NCBI RefSeq assembly: GCF_000150275.1
Contig: NW_002060949.1
Coordinates: 1,299,836-1,363,835 of the forward strand
DNA: 64,000 bases
Direction: 5' to 3'
Origin: Trichoplax adhaerens
Lineage: Eukaryota > Animalia > Placozoa
How positions within the stretch are numbered: position 1 is the first letter of the stretch; the number at the start of each line of letters is the position of its first letter. Both the position numbers and the translations under genes were made by a program. The notes under the pieces were generated by a model, which saw only the letters and a list, made by a program, of their open reading frames with translations, was not told where the DNA came from and did not search any database. Of the stretch, positions 11,710 through 23,479 are shown piece by piece.

Positions 11710-14700
11710 ATGGCTAGTCCTCGAACACAGCGACTTTTAAGAGAATTACGCTTTAAAGATGATAACAATGTAAGTATTATAGCACTACTTGACACAACTA
11801 CTTTGTACGACAGTTTCAATGATAGAGTTGCTGTATTTTTTCACTCATGGACAGACCAAAGTCGATTTTGATCTTACGATTCCATAGTCACGATGAGGAA
11901 AGGTGCGATGCTGCTCTACAGTACTGTATAGGGTACAGTTGACTTGCACCGACCTTGATTCTCCTTAATTTTAAACTATTTATTTTTAGACACGCTGTTA
12001 TCATTGAAGTTACATTATAGGATATTTGTAATCTCTATGACTAGTTTTCATTTATACCCTTTAGTGGGCTTGAGCGACAAATTAAAAAAAATTTCAAATT
12101 ACATAGTGAACAATCGTTGTGGTCAATCTAGAGTACCGTAGTCGTCAGTCACAGACTTTTCATATCTTCAAGCCAATAATACTGTATAGTATAATGAATA
12201 CTAACCATTGCAATACTTCGACATTACTAAACTGTATTTTCGATCGATCTGTATGTACTCGCATGATCGATGCTATACTTTGTATAAGAGTATGGTAGTA
12301 CTGTATACCGTATTGATCTGTAATTACTTCAAGTTTGTTTTAACTTGAGCTTTCACTATAAATATCCAGGACAATGTTGGTTAACAAACTTTCCATCGCT
12401 GACAGATGATACGATACTGCTGTTGTTTAGAATTTTAAATTTCAGTTCATCAGAGGGTATAATAACTTTTACATTAATAACCTGAGCCTTAATCCTCTTT
12501 ATCATCAAGTTAGTTATTGAATGACTTCAGTTAAGTATTCAATCATTTTTAAGTAAGACTGATGGGCGCTCTCGGATAACGATTAAATCTGACGCTTATC
12601 GCTTATACTGTAGGCTACTAGAAGTGTTAACGTACTACTTTATTGTACTATACAGTACACCATATACATCAAAATCGCGAAATTGGTATCTACAATACTG
12701 TACTGTACTATCAGACAGTAACGTAAAGTTTACTACTTCAATCATAATTAATCCGATACTTGTAGAAATGCTCACGTTCCTCCTCATCACTACATCACTA
12801 CATACCATATAATCATATAATGATGCTCCATTAATGCATCAGCAAATTAATTTAATTTAATTTATTTAATCTGTCTTGCTATTGGTCTGTGTACATTTGC
12901 ATAATTTAATTCCCGCGATACCTTATTCATTAATAGACATGTATTTGAGGTAACAAGGTAGTAATGTAAATATTATATATGAACATTAATTACAAAGTGG
13001 CTCGTAAATCTTCTCAAGATCTGCTTCAATATTACAAATGAAAATGCCGGATATACAATATATATAGTAATACGTACGCAGTGTAGCCAGATTAGATAAT
13101 TTTATACTACGAGTATACGCATATAAGTAAGGTACATTGGTATTCGCTTTCGTATGTTATATCAGCTACCTGATCATCGGTTGTAGTAATAATTTATTTG
13201 AAACGTAGCCATTTCTTCTTCCACACATATAGCTCAACTAACTTTATGGTGATAACGATAGCTCTACCTGTATTATTCACTTTATCGTTCAGTCATACAG
13301 AAATTTGTAAATTTTTCTTTTCATTACTTGGATGTGATGAAGCAGCGATGATGTAATCGATTTGTCCCGTGATTGACCATTGCATCTTAGCAATTGATAT
13401 TAACATCCAATGAATAACGTAAATAATGTGTTTTCTTTCTTTTTGCATAGCTATGTTTCGAATGCGGTGCTCACAGTCCTCAATGGGCCTCCGTTAGTTA
13501 TGGCACATGGATCTGTTTAGAATGCTCTGGTAAACATCGAGGTCTTGGTGTTCATATCAGGTTCGATCTCAAGTTATCTTTACAATTGATAATTATTGAC
13601 TTTCTACGACAGCTACAACTCTTTGCTACGTAAAAATTTTAGAAACGAAATTCTATTTAGCCAGTATACTTACAATTTTGCTACCATCTTAAAGTTTTAA
13701 AATTAAATTTATTGCATCCATTAAAGTACTGTTTACATTATATAATATTCATTTCTTAGGAAACGATAATTATATCTGTCTTGATAATTTATTGCACCAA
13801 ATATCAAACTTCTCGAGCTCAATGGAACAATATTGTCATTACTCTCAATAGCTATATTTAGAATTGAGCATGATTAGCTAATTGCTAAGAAATTTAACAA
13901 ATACTTAATTACGTATGCATATCGAATAGATATAGTTCAGTGACTATTTATAATATTATCATCACAGAAAATAGATGAAAAGCATAAATATTATGCGTAC
14001 CGATATTTCCAAGCAATGTGTACACTCTAATTCAAGCTGTTGCATTTTATTACTTTCTTACTTCGCAATATCATAGTTAAAGAGAATATCTTATCCTATA
14101 ATGCGAATCTTGAATTCATGTACAACTAACTTATTCGTAAATCAACTAGAAATTTTTGCCATAAAAAATTAGTGAGCGTTATACCTATTAGTGTCAACAA
14201 CGATCTGCAAAAGGATCATTTATTGAAATTGTTTGTCTCTTCTACACATTTTAGTTTTGTAAGATCAACTTCCATGGACAAGTGGAAGGATAAAGAATTA
14301 GCAAAGATGAGGGTAAAGCTCACCATGTTTTGATAAATAATAGACTAATTCATTAATACTAAAGTAGTAATTGTGATTAATACAATATTTTGTCACTCAT
14401 AATAATATTGGATACTCGATACTGCTTTACTAAACAAACACGTCGTTTTTGGCTGCAACCATAAATAGTATTTAGATTTTGTATCGTTTTATTAATTTTA
14501 GTAATTGATATTCTAAAAAGCTATAAGAATTATTAAGATATCGTTCTAAATAAATAAATCTTTTTAATGATCGTTTCGAAAGCACTTTAACATCGTCGTA
14601 ATTATTAATACATAAGAGTGCCAATAGTCTACTCCCATTCCATGTATATATAGCAACCGTCACAGCTGATATTAGACCGTATTACCGCAGTTCATTGTAA

Positions 14701-15994
14701 GAAATGGTATATCTGTAAAGAGCTACGACAAATAGTAGCTCAATGATATTTACTTATAAATACAATTTCGCAGTTAAACATTTTAACTTATCTATTAATT
14801 GAGATTTTTTTCGGTTAATTTCGTAAAATTATCATATATTCAAATATATAAAAGACTGGCGGAAACCGACAAGCCAAGGAATTTTTTAAATCTCAGGGCG
14901 ATATTTATGATGGAATCAATATAAAAGAAAAGTACCAATCTAGGACAGCTGCACTATATCGTGATAAGATCGCTACTTTAGCAGATGGTCGTACTTGGTC
15001 AATGGAAGCTTCACCTGCGTTTAATTATGAACCACCGAAAGAGACAGCATCTGTTGATCCTAGGCTAGGTATCTCGAATGAAGAAATTGCTAATAAACGT
15101 GACGATTTCTTTCGCAGAAAGCAGGAAGAAAACTCTCAAAAATCAAATGATCTACCACCTAGCCAAGGAGGACGTTACGTCGGATTTGGATCTAAAAAGG
15201 AGGTTCCCAACAACGCTAATAAAAACGAATTTATAGATAACGCTTGGTCAAGTTTTTCATCGGGCTGGACCTCATTTACTGCAGGAGCTTCTAAATTTGG
15301 TGGTGTTGTACAAGATCAAGCTGTAAAGTTTGGCTCATCTATCAATGATAGCGTTTTCAAACCTGTTGGTGAGAAAGCTAAGGAATTTGGGACAACTTTC
15401 GATCAAACTGTAGTCAAACCAACCAAGCAAAAGATTAATGATTCTAAAATACTCGACAATATGTCAACATCTATGACTACATTTGCAACAAAAATAAAAA
15501 CTGCTGGCGAAAGTGGAATGACTGAAATACAAACTTTAATGAAGGGGAAACAAAGGGAAGAAGTAAATACTGAGGGAATGGACAACGATCATGATCCATA
15601 TGATGATGATGTCTTGACAGAGGAAACGAAAAATTTTAGTATTGAAGATGATGGAGGCGATGAATGGAACTCTTGGGGTAAATATGACGGCTGGGGACAG
15701 CCTAATTCTGAAAATAAGCAGTATTCATCAAAATTCGACGTACAAACTTCAGATCAACCTGATACAAAAGCTACTCATACATCGACGAAAAAGGTACAAG
15801 CAGATAGTGAGTGGAATGAGTTTGTGATAGGATCTAGATCTACAGCTAAGCAAACTGACGCTAAAGATAAGAAGGATGATAATAGTGGCTGGAATGATGA
15901 TTGGGATGCAATGCTAAATTCGGATACCGACGTTAGTAGTGCTGGTATGAAATTAAAAACTGATACGAAAGTAGTTTCAAAAAAATCAGAATAG
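11710..15994 (+). CDS. ARFGAP1: ADP-ribosylation factor GTPase-activating protein 1, 455 aa, 4 exons
   Basis: Exons 11710-11769, 13451-13560, 14255-14312, 14855-15994 total 1368 nt. [14 protein letters not shown]...[46 protein letters not shown]...GGN is the ArfGAP zinc finger with the catalytic Arg. Also GGRYVGFG and the ALPS helix [23 protein letters not shown]. Confidence 0.96.
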
Positions 15995-18009
15995 GCATAA
16001 TTCTATAGCTAAATGTAGCTATATAAGCAATGATGATTGATGAAAGTATATTTTAACTCGCATTGCTGCTTTATAAGCCGGATATAGTTCTGTATTAATA
16101 TTATATTTTTTCGATAGAAGAGAATTTATCTTTACACTCTATGCTAAACGTATTTAGTTAAAGTGTACTTATTGACCCTATTTACAGCTGTGATCAAATA
16201 TCATACTTTTACCATCAAATACACTACAATAACTTTACTTTTATTGGCTTAAATGGAAATGCCGTCAAATGAAATTAATCATGAAATGCCTAAATGTCTT
16301 TCATCAATTAATATATATGTATGTACTCATTAATTGATCATTAATTGATTTCTGAAATAATTGATAAACTGAATTATGAATTAGAATTTGGTGTAATATT
16401 ATAGATATCAAACTAGATAAGGTAGATTCTTACGAGATACCGCTAGTTATTATCACCATTATTTGGGTATAAATGTAACCCTGGCTTTTTAAAATTGCTT
16501 AAAGTGGGCATTGTCAGATGACAGGTTTGATCAATGCTGTAATAGCCACGCTCTGAGAGTTATCATTTGATATGGTATACTTATTCTATATTCTCTAATG
16601 AAATTACTGGAATCTGAATACTCGTTTATTAAATTTGCTTAGAGAATATAGATTTACTACGTTTTATAACCTCGATACTATAGAACCGACGAAGCTTGCT
16701 TATCCAATACAGTAGGGCAAGTATAGGACAATTATGTTAACATAGAATTAAAGTACAGTTTCAATTGACATAGAAGCAAAATTGGATTAAAAATTTTAAA
16801 ATTTTACACTATTGTCTTGTGTGGTATTATCCGTATTGTAGTTGTGTATCGTACGCGCTGAAGTAGCGAAACTTATTCAAATAGTTCTTACGTTCAAATT
16901 TTCAGCAAGAATAATCGATATACGACATAGATTTTGGTAATAGTAATCACGACTTATATAACATTTTTGCTTATGATTATATTTGGAATTAAAATCGCAT
17001 ATTTTATTGCTCGGAAATATGTAGTCAAAAAATTGAAGATTATTTCGTAACTTATAGCACTTAATGTGATTGATTGCATAACGAATTTACGTGTCGCGCA
17101 AGCGTAAGTGCAATAAATCGCTATTCGGTATATATCAATCATCAGATACAGCAGTTCTGCGTAGTCTTTATTCTATCAAATCGATTAAATTTTAATACAA
17201 ACTACAGCAGATGACTACATTTTATAATTTCAGACGCTTATATTAGTTTAAATTGGAATAGAGAAAATTTACTTTAAACGTTCTTTATTTACAGTTTGCT
17301 TAAAACGTTAAAAATTTCAGAAAAGCTATGTTATATGAGTATTTTGTATTAAGTTGCGATGACAGTGTATATATATTCTACGCAGTAGTACAATAAGCTA
17401 CACTTTTCAAGCAGATTAAGTAGCAACAGCAAGTCGATCGATCAGAAGATTAACTTATATAAATCTTGTACTAACTGTACTGATAGAAAACATAGTTCCA
17501 GCATTAACTCTATCACTGGATGACTTTCTACAGTGCTTTCATTAATTAAAGTTCACGGTACAGCAGTTATTAGAAATTAATGTCGTTAATTCACAAACCA
17601 ATTAGAAACATATCAGAAATTTAGCTATATAAACAAATTATTTTCAAAATTTGTAGTTAAAATGTTTATATTGATTTTTGCTTATTAATATTAAAAACAT
17701 TTTAAGTATCAAATTCTGAAATGACACAAATAATATGTTGATATTAAAGCTGTTGAAGTCTTTGAAGGTAAATAATTAACATTATAATCACCTTAATACC
17801 ACAACACGATGGCAAAATACTACGATAGATGCAACCGTAGAAATGGGCTATTTTATGATGTTTGCGTATGGAAAATATTAAATTTTCTGCATGTGATTAC
17901 GGATAATAATCTCTTATCTACAGCCTTTTTTGTCATTATTTTTGCAGTATTTTCTTATCCTAACTTCGATATTTTACCATATCTAATTGCACTGAAATAT
18001 TTTATTCTT

Positions 18010-21000
18010 TTACCAATAAAACGATTTACTGATAAAACTAGTAACACTACTAATCCAACCATTGCCATTTCCGTTGTTATCATCAATTCGTGCGACGGCT
18101 CCCTGTAAATATTAAGCAACAAGTTTATATTTATACTTCAAAAATATAGATCATTATTATTAAGCTACAATGGTACACTTATTTGATAATTTGACTAAAT
18201 ACTACTTACATGTTATAAAAAATTTATCGATAGATATATTCATTTACACTAACGTAACTCTTCTCTAATTATAATACGTATAACGTTTATTTACCTTTTG
18301 TATTGTTGTACTATCATCATCTTCTGGTAAATAATCTGGCATAGCATTCTATACGATTAAAACAGAAATCTTAGAGTGCCGTCATGACTACTGTCATTAA
18401 ATAAATAAAGATAATTATATTTAACAGTAAATTCAAGAAGCTAAGAAGACTCATAATGTTTAAATGCAAATACGGCTAGCCTTACAAGAAGTAAAGGACT
18501 ATACTAACAAATTATGCTCTTAATCTAGTCTTAAAGACTTGTCATTATAACTACTTGCCTCCTTATCTTCTGATGAGGAAACAGGGCTGCTTCCAAAGGT
18601 TAAAAATATCTAATCGCAAAAAGGCAATTTAATCATCTATTAAAGTACTGACGGTGACGGTGAATCTTAAAATTTACGCAAAAACTAGTAATAGCTATTG
18701 CATGCTACTAATGCAATACGCGTACATCTGTCTAGTATACAATAAAAAAAGGGTAATTGCATCAAAGGTAGACGCTAATACTAATATATAACACCAACAA
18801 TCTTTTACCTCTTCTCCCATGTCATTTTTGACAATTTGTTGCGCCGTCATGGTCTTAGTTTCAGCAACAGCTTGGCATATTGTCTTAAATTATAAATAAG
18901 AAATAGTATGCTTATAATTGCTAGAACCTATAGTGGGAACTTTAGAATATCGTTAATGACTCTAACAGTATACTATAAAAATCTATATTGACAGTATTTG
19001 AAGAATATTTATCAATTAAAAATAATGTCAGTTGATAAAGTTTTACCTAACGATGTACTAGCAACTGTAAAAAATAAAAAGCAATTTATGAAAATTTGCT
19101 AAGACTACAATTACAGACTATTAAACTGGCTGACTTTTGCAATTTAATAGTGTTATAGTTACGATAACTTAGCTTACCTCTATTTTAAGGTTTGGACGAG
19201 CTCGTAAGATGCAGCGTTTTTTGACTAAATCAAAAGTAAAACTTACTACTCCAGGAGTAGCAAGCAATCTCTGTTCACATTTAAATCTGCTAGCACTATC
19301 AGTTAAGCCAGAAATTTGCAATATTATTGTTCGTGCATTTTTATTTGCATTGCTTAGAAAATACTGTCCAGAAGTGGCACCGGCCCTACGACTGCGAGTA
19401 TTCCTAAAATAAAGTATCAATATTTGTATAAAGAACAGTTAGAGCATCACTTATATTCCATTTTTATTTATATTATTTTAAAATATGATTATAGTGTAAT
19501 ATATCTCGTAGACAAGTAATTGTTAAAGTAATCATTTCTACACTAGTCATATTAAACATAGCAGTAAAATTTCGATAACATGATGTAATATTGACCATAC
19601 CTAGTGGTTGGGACTAATGTAGTATGAATTTCGCTAGCAAGCTGGCAAGCTTTCTGATCTTTGCTATAGATTTGATATTAATCACAAATTAAGAAGCATA
19701 TTATAAACAATTTTATTCAAAGTAAACCATATTAGCTTGTCAGAATATATCAATGACTAAAGTACATCTTATCTGATGGATTTATATTATAATTGCCTCT
19801 AATTTACTATGTACAATGTTTGTTTTGATTAAAAGATCGAGAAGAAAATACTTGATATGCTATTTCAGTTTTGTAATATTATAATCAGTTAAATCGCAAT
19901 AGCAGAAAGAATTTATCTGTTTAAATTATGCCAATATAGGGCATCTTACTACTATTTTATCCTACTTTAAGGAATGTTTGTTTGGTATTGGTTATCGTTC
20001 GGCAGTATATTATAATTTTAATTTTAATTCACACAACAACTGCAATTGAATGTTAGGCAGATATTAAGTGTACTCAAAATATTTCAAGTTCATGAAATAT
20101 TTTAAATTGAAAAGGTTACTTTATTGGATACTTGCTACCACTGGGAATTGAAAAGTTAAAAAATTACAGTTGGATTCTAACATATCCTTGAATAATATCT
20201 CATATTACAAATAGTACGGCTATATAGATAAGGGTTGCAGGAGGTAGCAATACTTGACAGCAAATTCTTACCTATTCATAATAGCTTTCAAGCTAACCAA
20301 CATACCAATTTCACTTCTCATAGGAGTACGGTTAGATGGACATAGTGATAGATAACGTAGTGCCTTCAATTTTAAATAAAGCATCCTTAGTGGATAATAA
20401 TACTAGACGTCTATGGCTATACGTAGATTGTTGCAATTTAACCATTTAAGAGTATAGTTTAGTACACCAAATTACTGAGGAGATATTGTGTAATAACGTA
20501 GACGTATCGTATTTTGTAAAAGAGTTATCATCACAAGATAAACAGATGAATTGAAACTCTTTAATAAACTGACCTACTGAAAGCAAAATTTGAAGTTTTT
20601 TACCATCATACATGTACGTTACAATACCCACCTCTAACGCCAATACTACTACACGAGGATCATCGTTATCTAGAAATAAAACCAATCCTGGAAGGCATCC
20701 CTGATCCTAAATGCACGTAAATAATAAAAATAGTTCAAGTTGCATCAGTTAAGTCATTTTATAATTGAAAGAAAAATTTAAATTAGCATTGTTGATGTAA
20801 CGAGTAAGTCATTTCAATCACTTGAAATCGCACAGGAATGTCGAGGATAAGAACTGTAAGATAGTATTTGTATTTTTGATAGCAGCTACGCGACATCCGC
20901 GTGGCCTCCCATCATAACAGCATTCAACATGGGCAATTTGAAAGAGTAATAACTGGGGTTATAGTCAATAACTTTACGTATTGCTCAATAGAGGGTGATA

Positions 21001-21806
21001 AAATTGAAACGAGTTAATATGCAGTATGGGAGCATGCAATGAGTACTATCTGGTTGTTACCATACAGTAGGAATTGATTACATTCGGGATTGATGAAGTT
21101 GCACGCAGGACTATGATGGATAAATGTAATTATTATTATTATTATTATTATTCAATGACATATTTAGTAATCCATGATAGTCTACTAACTATATGTACAT
21201 TGGTGATTTTCGCTAGTAAATACTGTAAGAAGAGTTACAGACTCAAATCTTGACACCTATAATACTCGCATAATTCTGACCTAATGGAAAATACTTCATG
21301 ATATATGGGTATTCTACTGTGTAAGTATATGATATCTATATGTCTACTTGTACAGTATGGTATATGCAGTATATGCAGTGTAGAGTGTTGACTATCCTCT
21401 GAATCAAATATCGCTGATTTACTTTAGAAGGAAAACTAATACAATTTTTACTTTGTTGTACATGTCCACAAGGCTGATGAATCTTAGCAGTATCCTACTA
21501 CAAGCAATTTATAAAATATCGAGTAAAGTCTCTGCGGTGCTGGAGGACAGAATATACAGTTTCCTGTAGAGTATATCATTTTCAGAACGATTTGAATCAT
21601 GACGAAACTCATGGACATCCTTTGTACCATAACATTGTATTGAACGGATTGAATAAACTTTTACAGAAACTATTTCTAGCATTATTTTTCAATATTGGTT
21701 CAATGGATACATTGTCAATGGTGAGTTTTACCTTTACAATTGCAACACGATTTTGCGGTTGTATTGCTAAATCTCGTAAATTTTTAGCCACAGTATATGC
21801 AGACAT
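18010..21806 (-). CDS. ARMC1: Armadillo repeat-containing protein 1, 267 aa, 9 exons
   Basis: Exons 21806-21732, 20706-20632, 20363-20272, 19663-19601, 19403-19178, 18883-18809, 18609-18559, 18348-18295, 18102-18010 total 804 nt. Motifs NRVAIVKDQGCLPGLVLFLD, HMA-like NARTIILQISGL...GVVSFTFD, PDYLPED and C-terminal SFYW. Confidence 0.95.
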
Positions 21807-23080
21807 GTTACTCCCACTTTGTTAATTTCCAATTTTTGAACTATCCAGTAGAAAATGCAGCGGATCCAGTCCAATACACGATAAAATAAGTCTTGATATT
21901 ACAAGGTGAATAAAATAGATGATGTTTCCCTACTTGTCCCTTTCTACATTAAAGAAAAGAAATGATCGAGAGGAAAAGTTGAAATGCACATGAGAAGAAC
22001 TTGAGGCAATTGGTGTATTGGTGGCAGGAGTCCAACGTAAACGGCGATGGAAATTTCAAATTTTGGCACGTCCTGCTGTCTACAGTGGATAGTACTGTAA
22101 GGGATGAACTTTGTACCACTGTCTACAGTACAGTACAGTACAGTATGGGATTGTACACTGTAGCCTCACATCTCCTCTCTCTTCTATGGTACAGTATGAG
22201 TTGACTGAGGATCAAAGTGTGCGCGAGCTCAAGTCGTGTATTGTGTCGACTGTCCAGAGTCGAAAATTTGAAAGCCATCTAGCTTGTCTGATTGGCTCTA
22301 AATTAACGGTCGCTTTGATACAATAGCAAAAACAGCCAATCAGCGGATCCGCTGCAGATAGTCCTTTACAGTGTACAGTACAGCACAGTACAGTACAGTA
22401 CGGTAAAGGTTTGCATTGTACTGTACTCTACTGTACTGTACTGTACAGTACAGTACTGTATAACGGCAAGATGGAGTAGTCCAGAACTTGCGTATTCTGT
22501 GCAAAATGACTGGCCACCCTTGATCGTTATCTTGACTACAGTGAGACTACAGTACTCATTACACTACAGCGCGTACTAGCCAATCCATGACAACTTATTT
22601 TGCACACGAGTACCGTAATACTGTACTGTAATGCCAGGTACTGTACATCGTCCACAACCGGCGTATTCTGTGCAAAGTAAGTTGTCACCCTTGATCGTCA
22701 TCTTGACTACAACGACACTACAGTACTCATTACACTACAGCGCGTACTAGCCAATCCATGACAACTTGTTTTGCACATGAGTACCCCAAGACTGTACTGT
22801 AATGCCGAGTACTGTACATTGTACACTCGCGGATATTTTGAATTGTGCAAGATTCAAACTGTTGCCAGCTCGCAATTGGAAAATTTCTCGTCTTGGCCAT
22901 CATTTTTCGCCCCATTTCTTCCTTCTGTTGATAAAAAGAGCTCGATAAGACGATTAGTAAGATTTTTAGTCCATGCAATACGAACACCACTACAATCTTC
23001 TAGTGTGTAGTAGCCAATAAATTACTATTCTCCATTTTATTTGTCAATTTGATTGGGTCAGAATTCATGCTTACATCAAA
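21807..23080. promoter_or_regulatory. Putative bidirectional promoter of ARMC1 and MTFR with multiple CCAAT boxes and a CAGTA/TACTG island
   Basis: 1.27 kb between divergent ATGs. NF-Y-like boxes ctgATTGGct (22291) and agCCAATcag (22336), plus CCAAT at 22580, 22751, 23014 and ATTGG at 23052. Pentamer clusters at 22075-22150 and 22370-22460. Confidence 0.7.
22490..22832 (+). repeat. Direct tandem duplication, 2 x 171 bp
   Basis: Copies start gcgtattctgtgcaaa at 22490 and 22661 and share cccttgatcgt.atcttgactaca and ctacagtactcattacactacagcgcgtactagccaatccatgacaactt. Confidence 0.93.
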
Positions 23081-23448
23081 ATGGCTTACGAATTATTCGG
23101 ATTGCATTGGAATTTTGAAGTGAACCCTACTGAGGTAAATGAAGATAGCTTTCAACGTCTTTCCAACTGTATAGTACTTATTTAGTACGTTATCATAGCT
23201 GTCTTGAATTGTACAAGGAACTTATTTCACTTCTTTGACTAATTAATTCATGATGGCTTACCAATGGCTGTACGCACATTTCAAATTTCAATACAATTTT
23301 AAATTGAACCTAACTGTGGCCAATGAGGATTCATTTTACTGTAGTAATAGTGCTTGTACTATATGACGACCATGGAGGATATTATCACAGCCTTCTTGTA
23401 CTGTAGAATTGCATTAAACTGTTTCCTTGACCGATTACTGATGGCTTT

Positions 23449-23479
<31 letters not shown>

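Noticed and set aside
15403-19412. ORFs 15403-15585, 15642-15827, 17809-18108 and 19209-19412 (also 24836-25027)
   Set aside because: They are antisense or alternative-frame shadows of real ARFGAP1, ARMC1 and MTFR exons.
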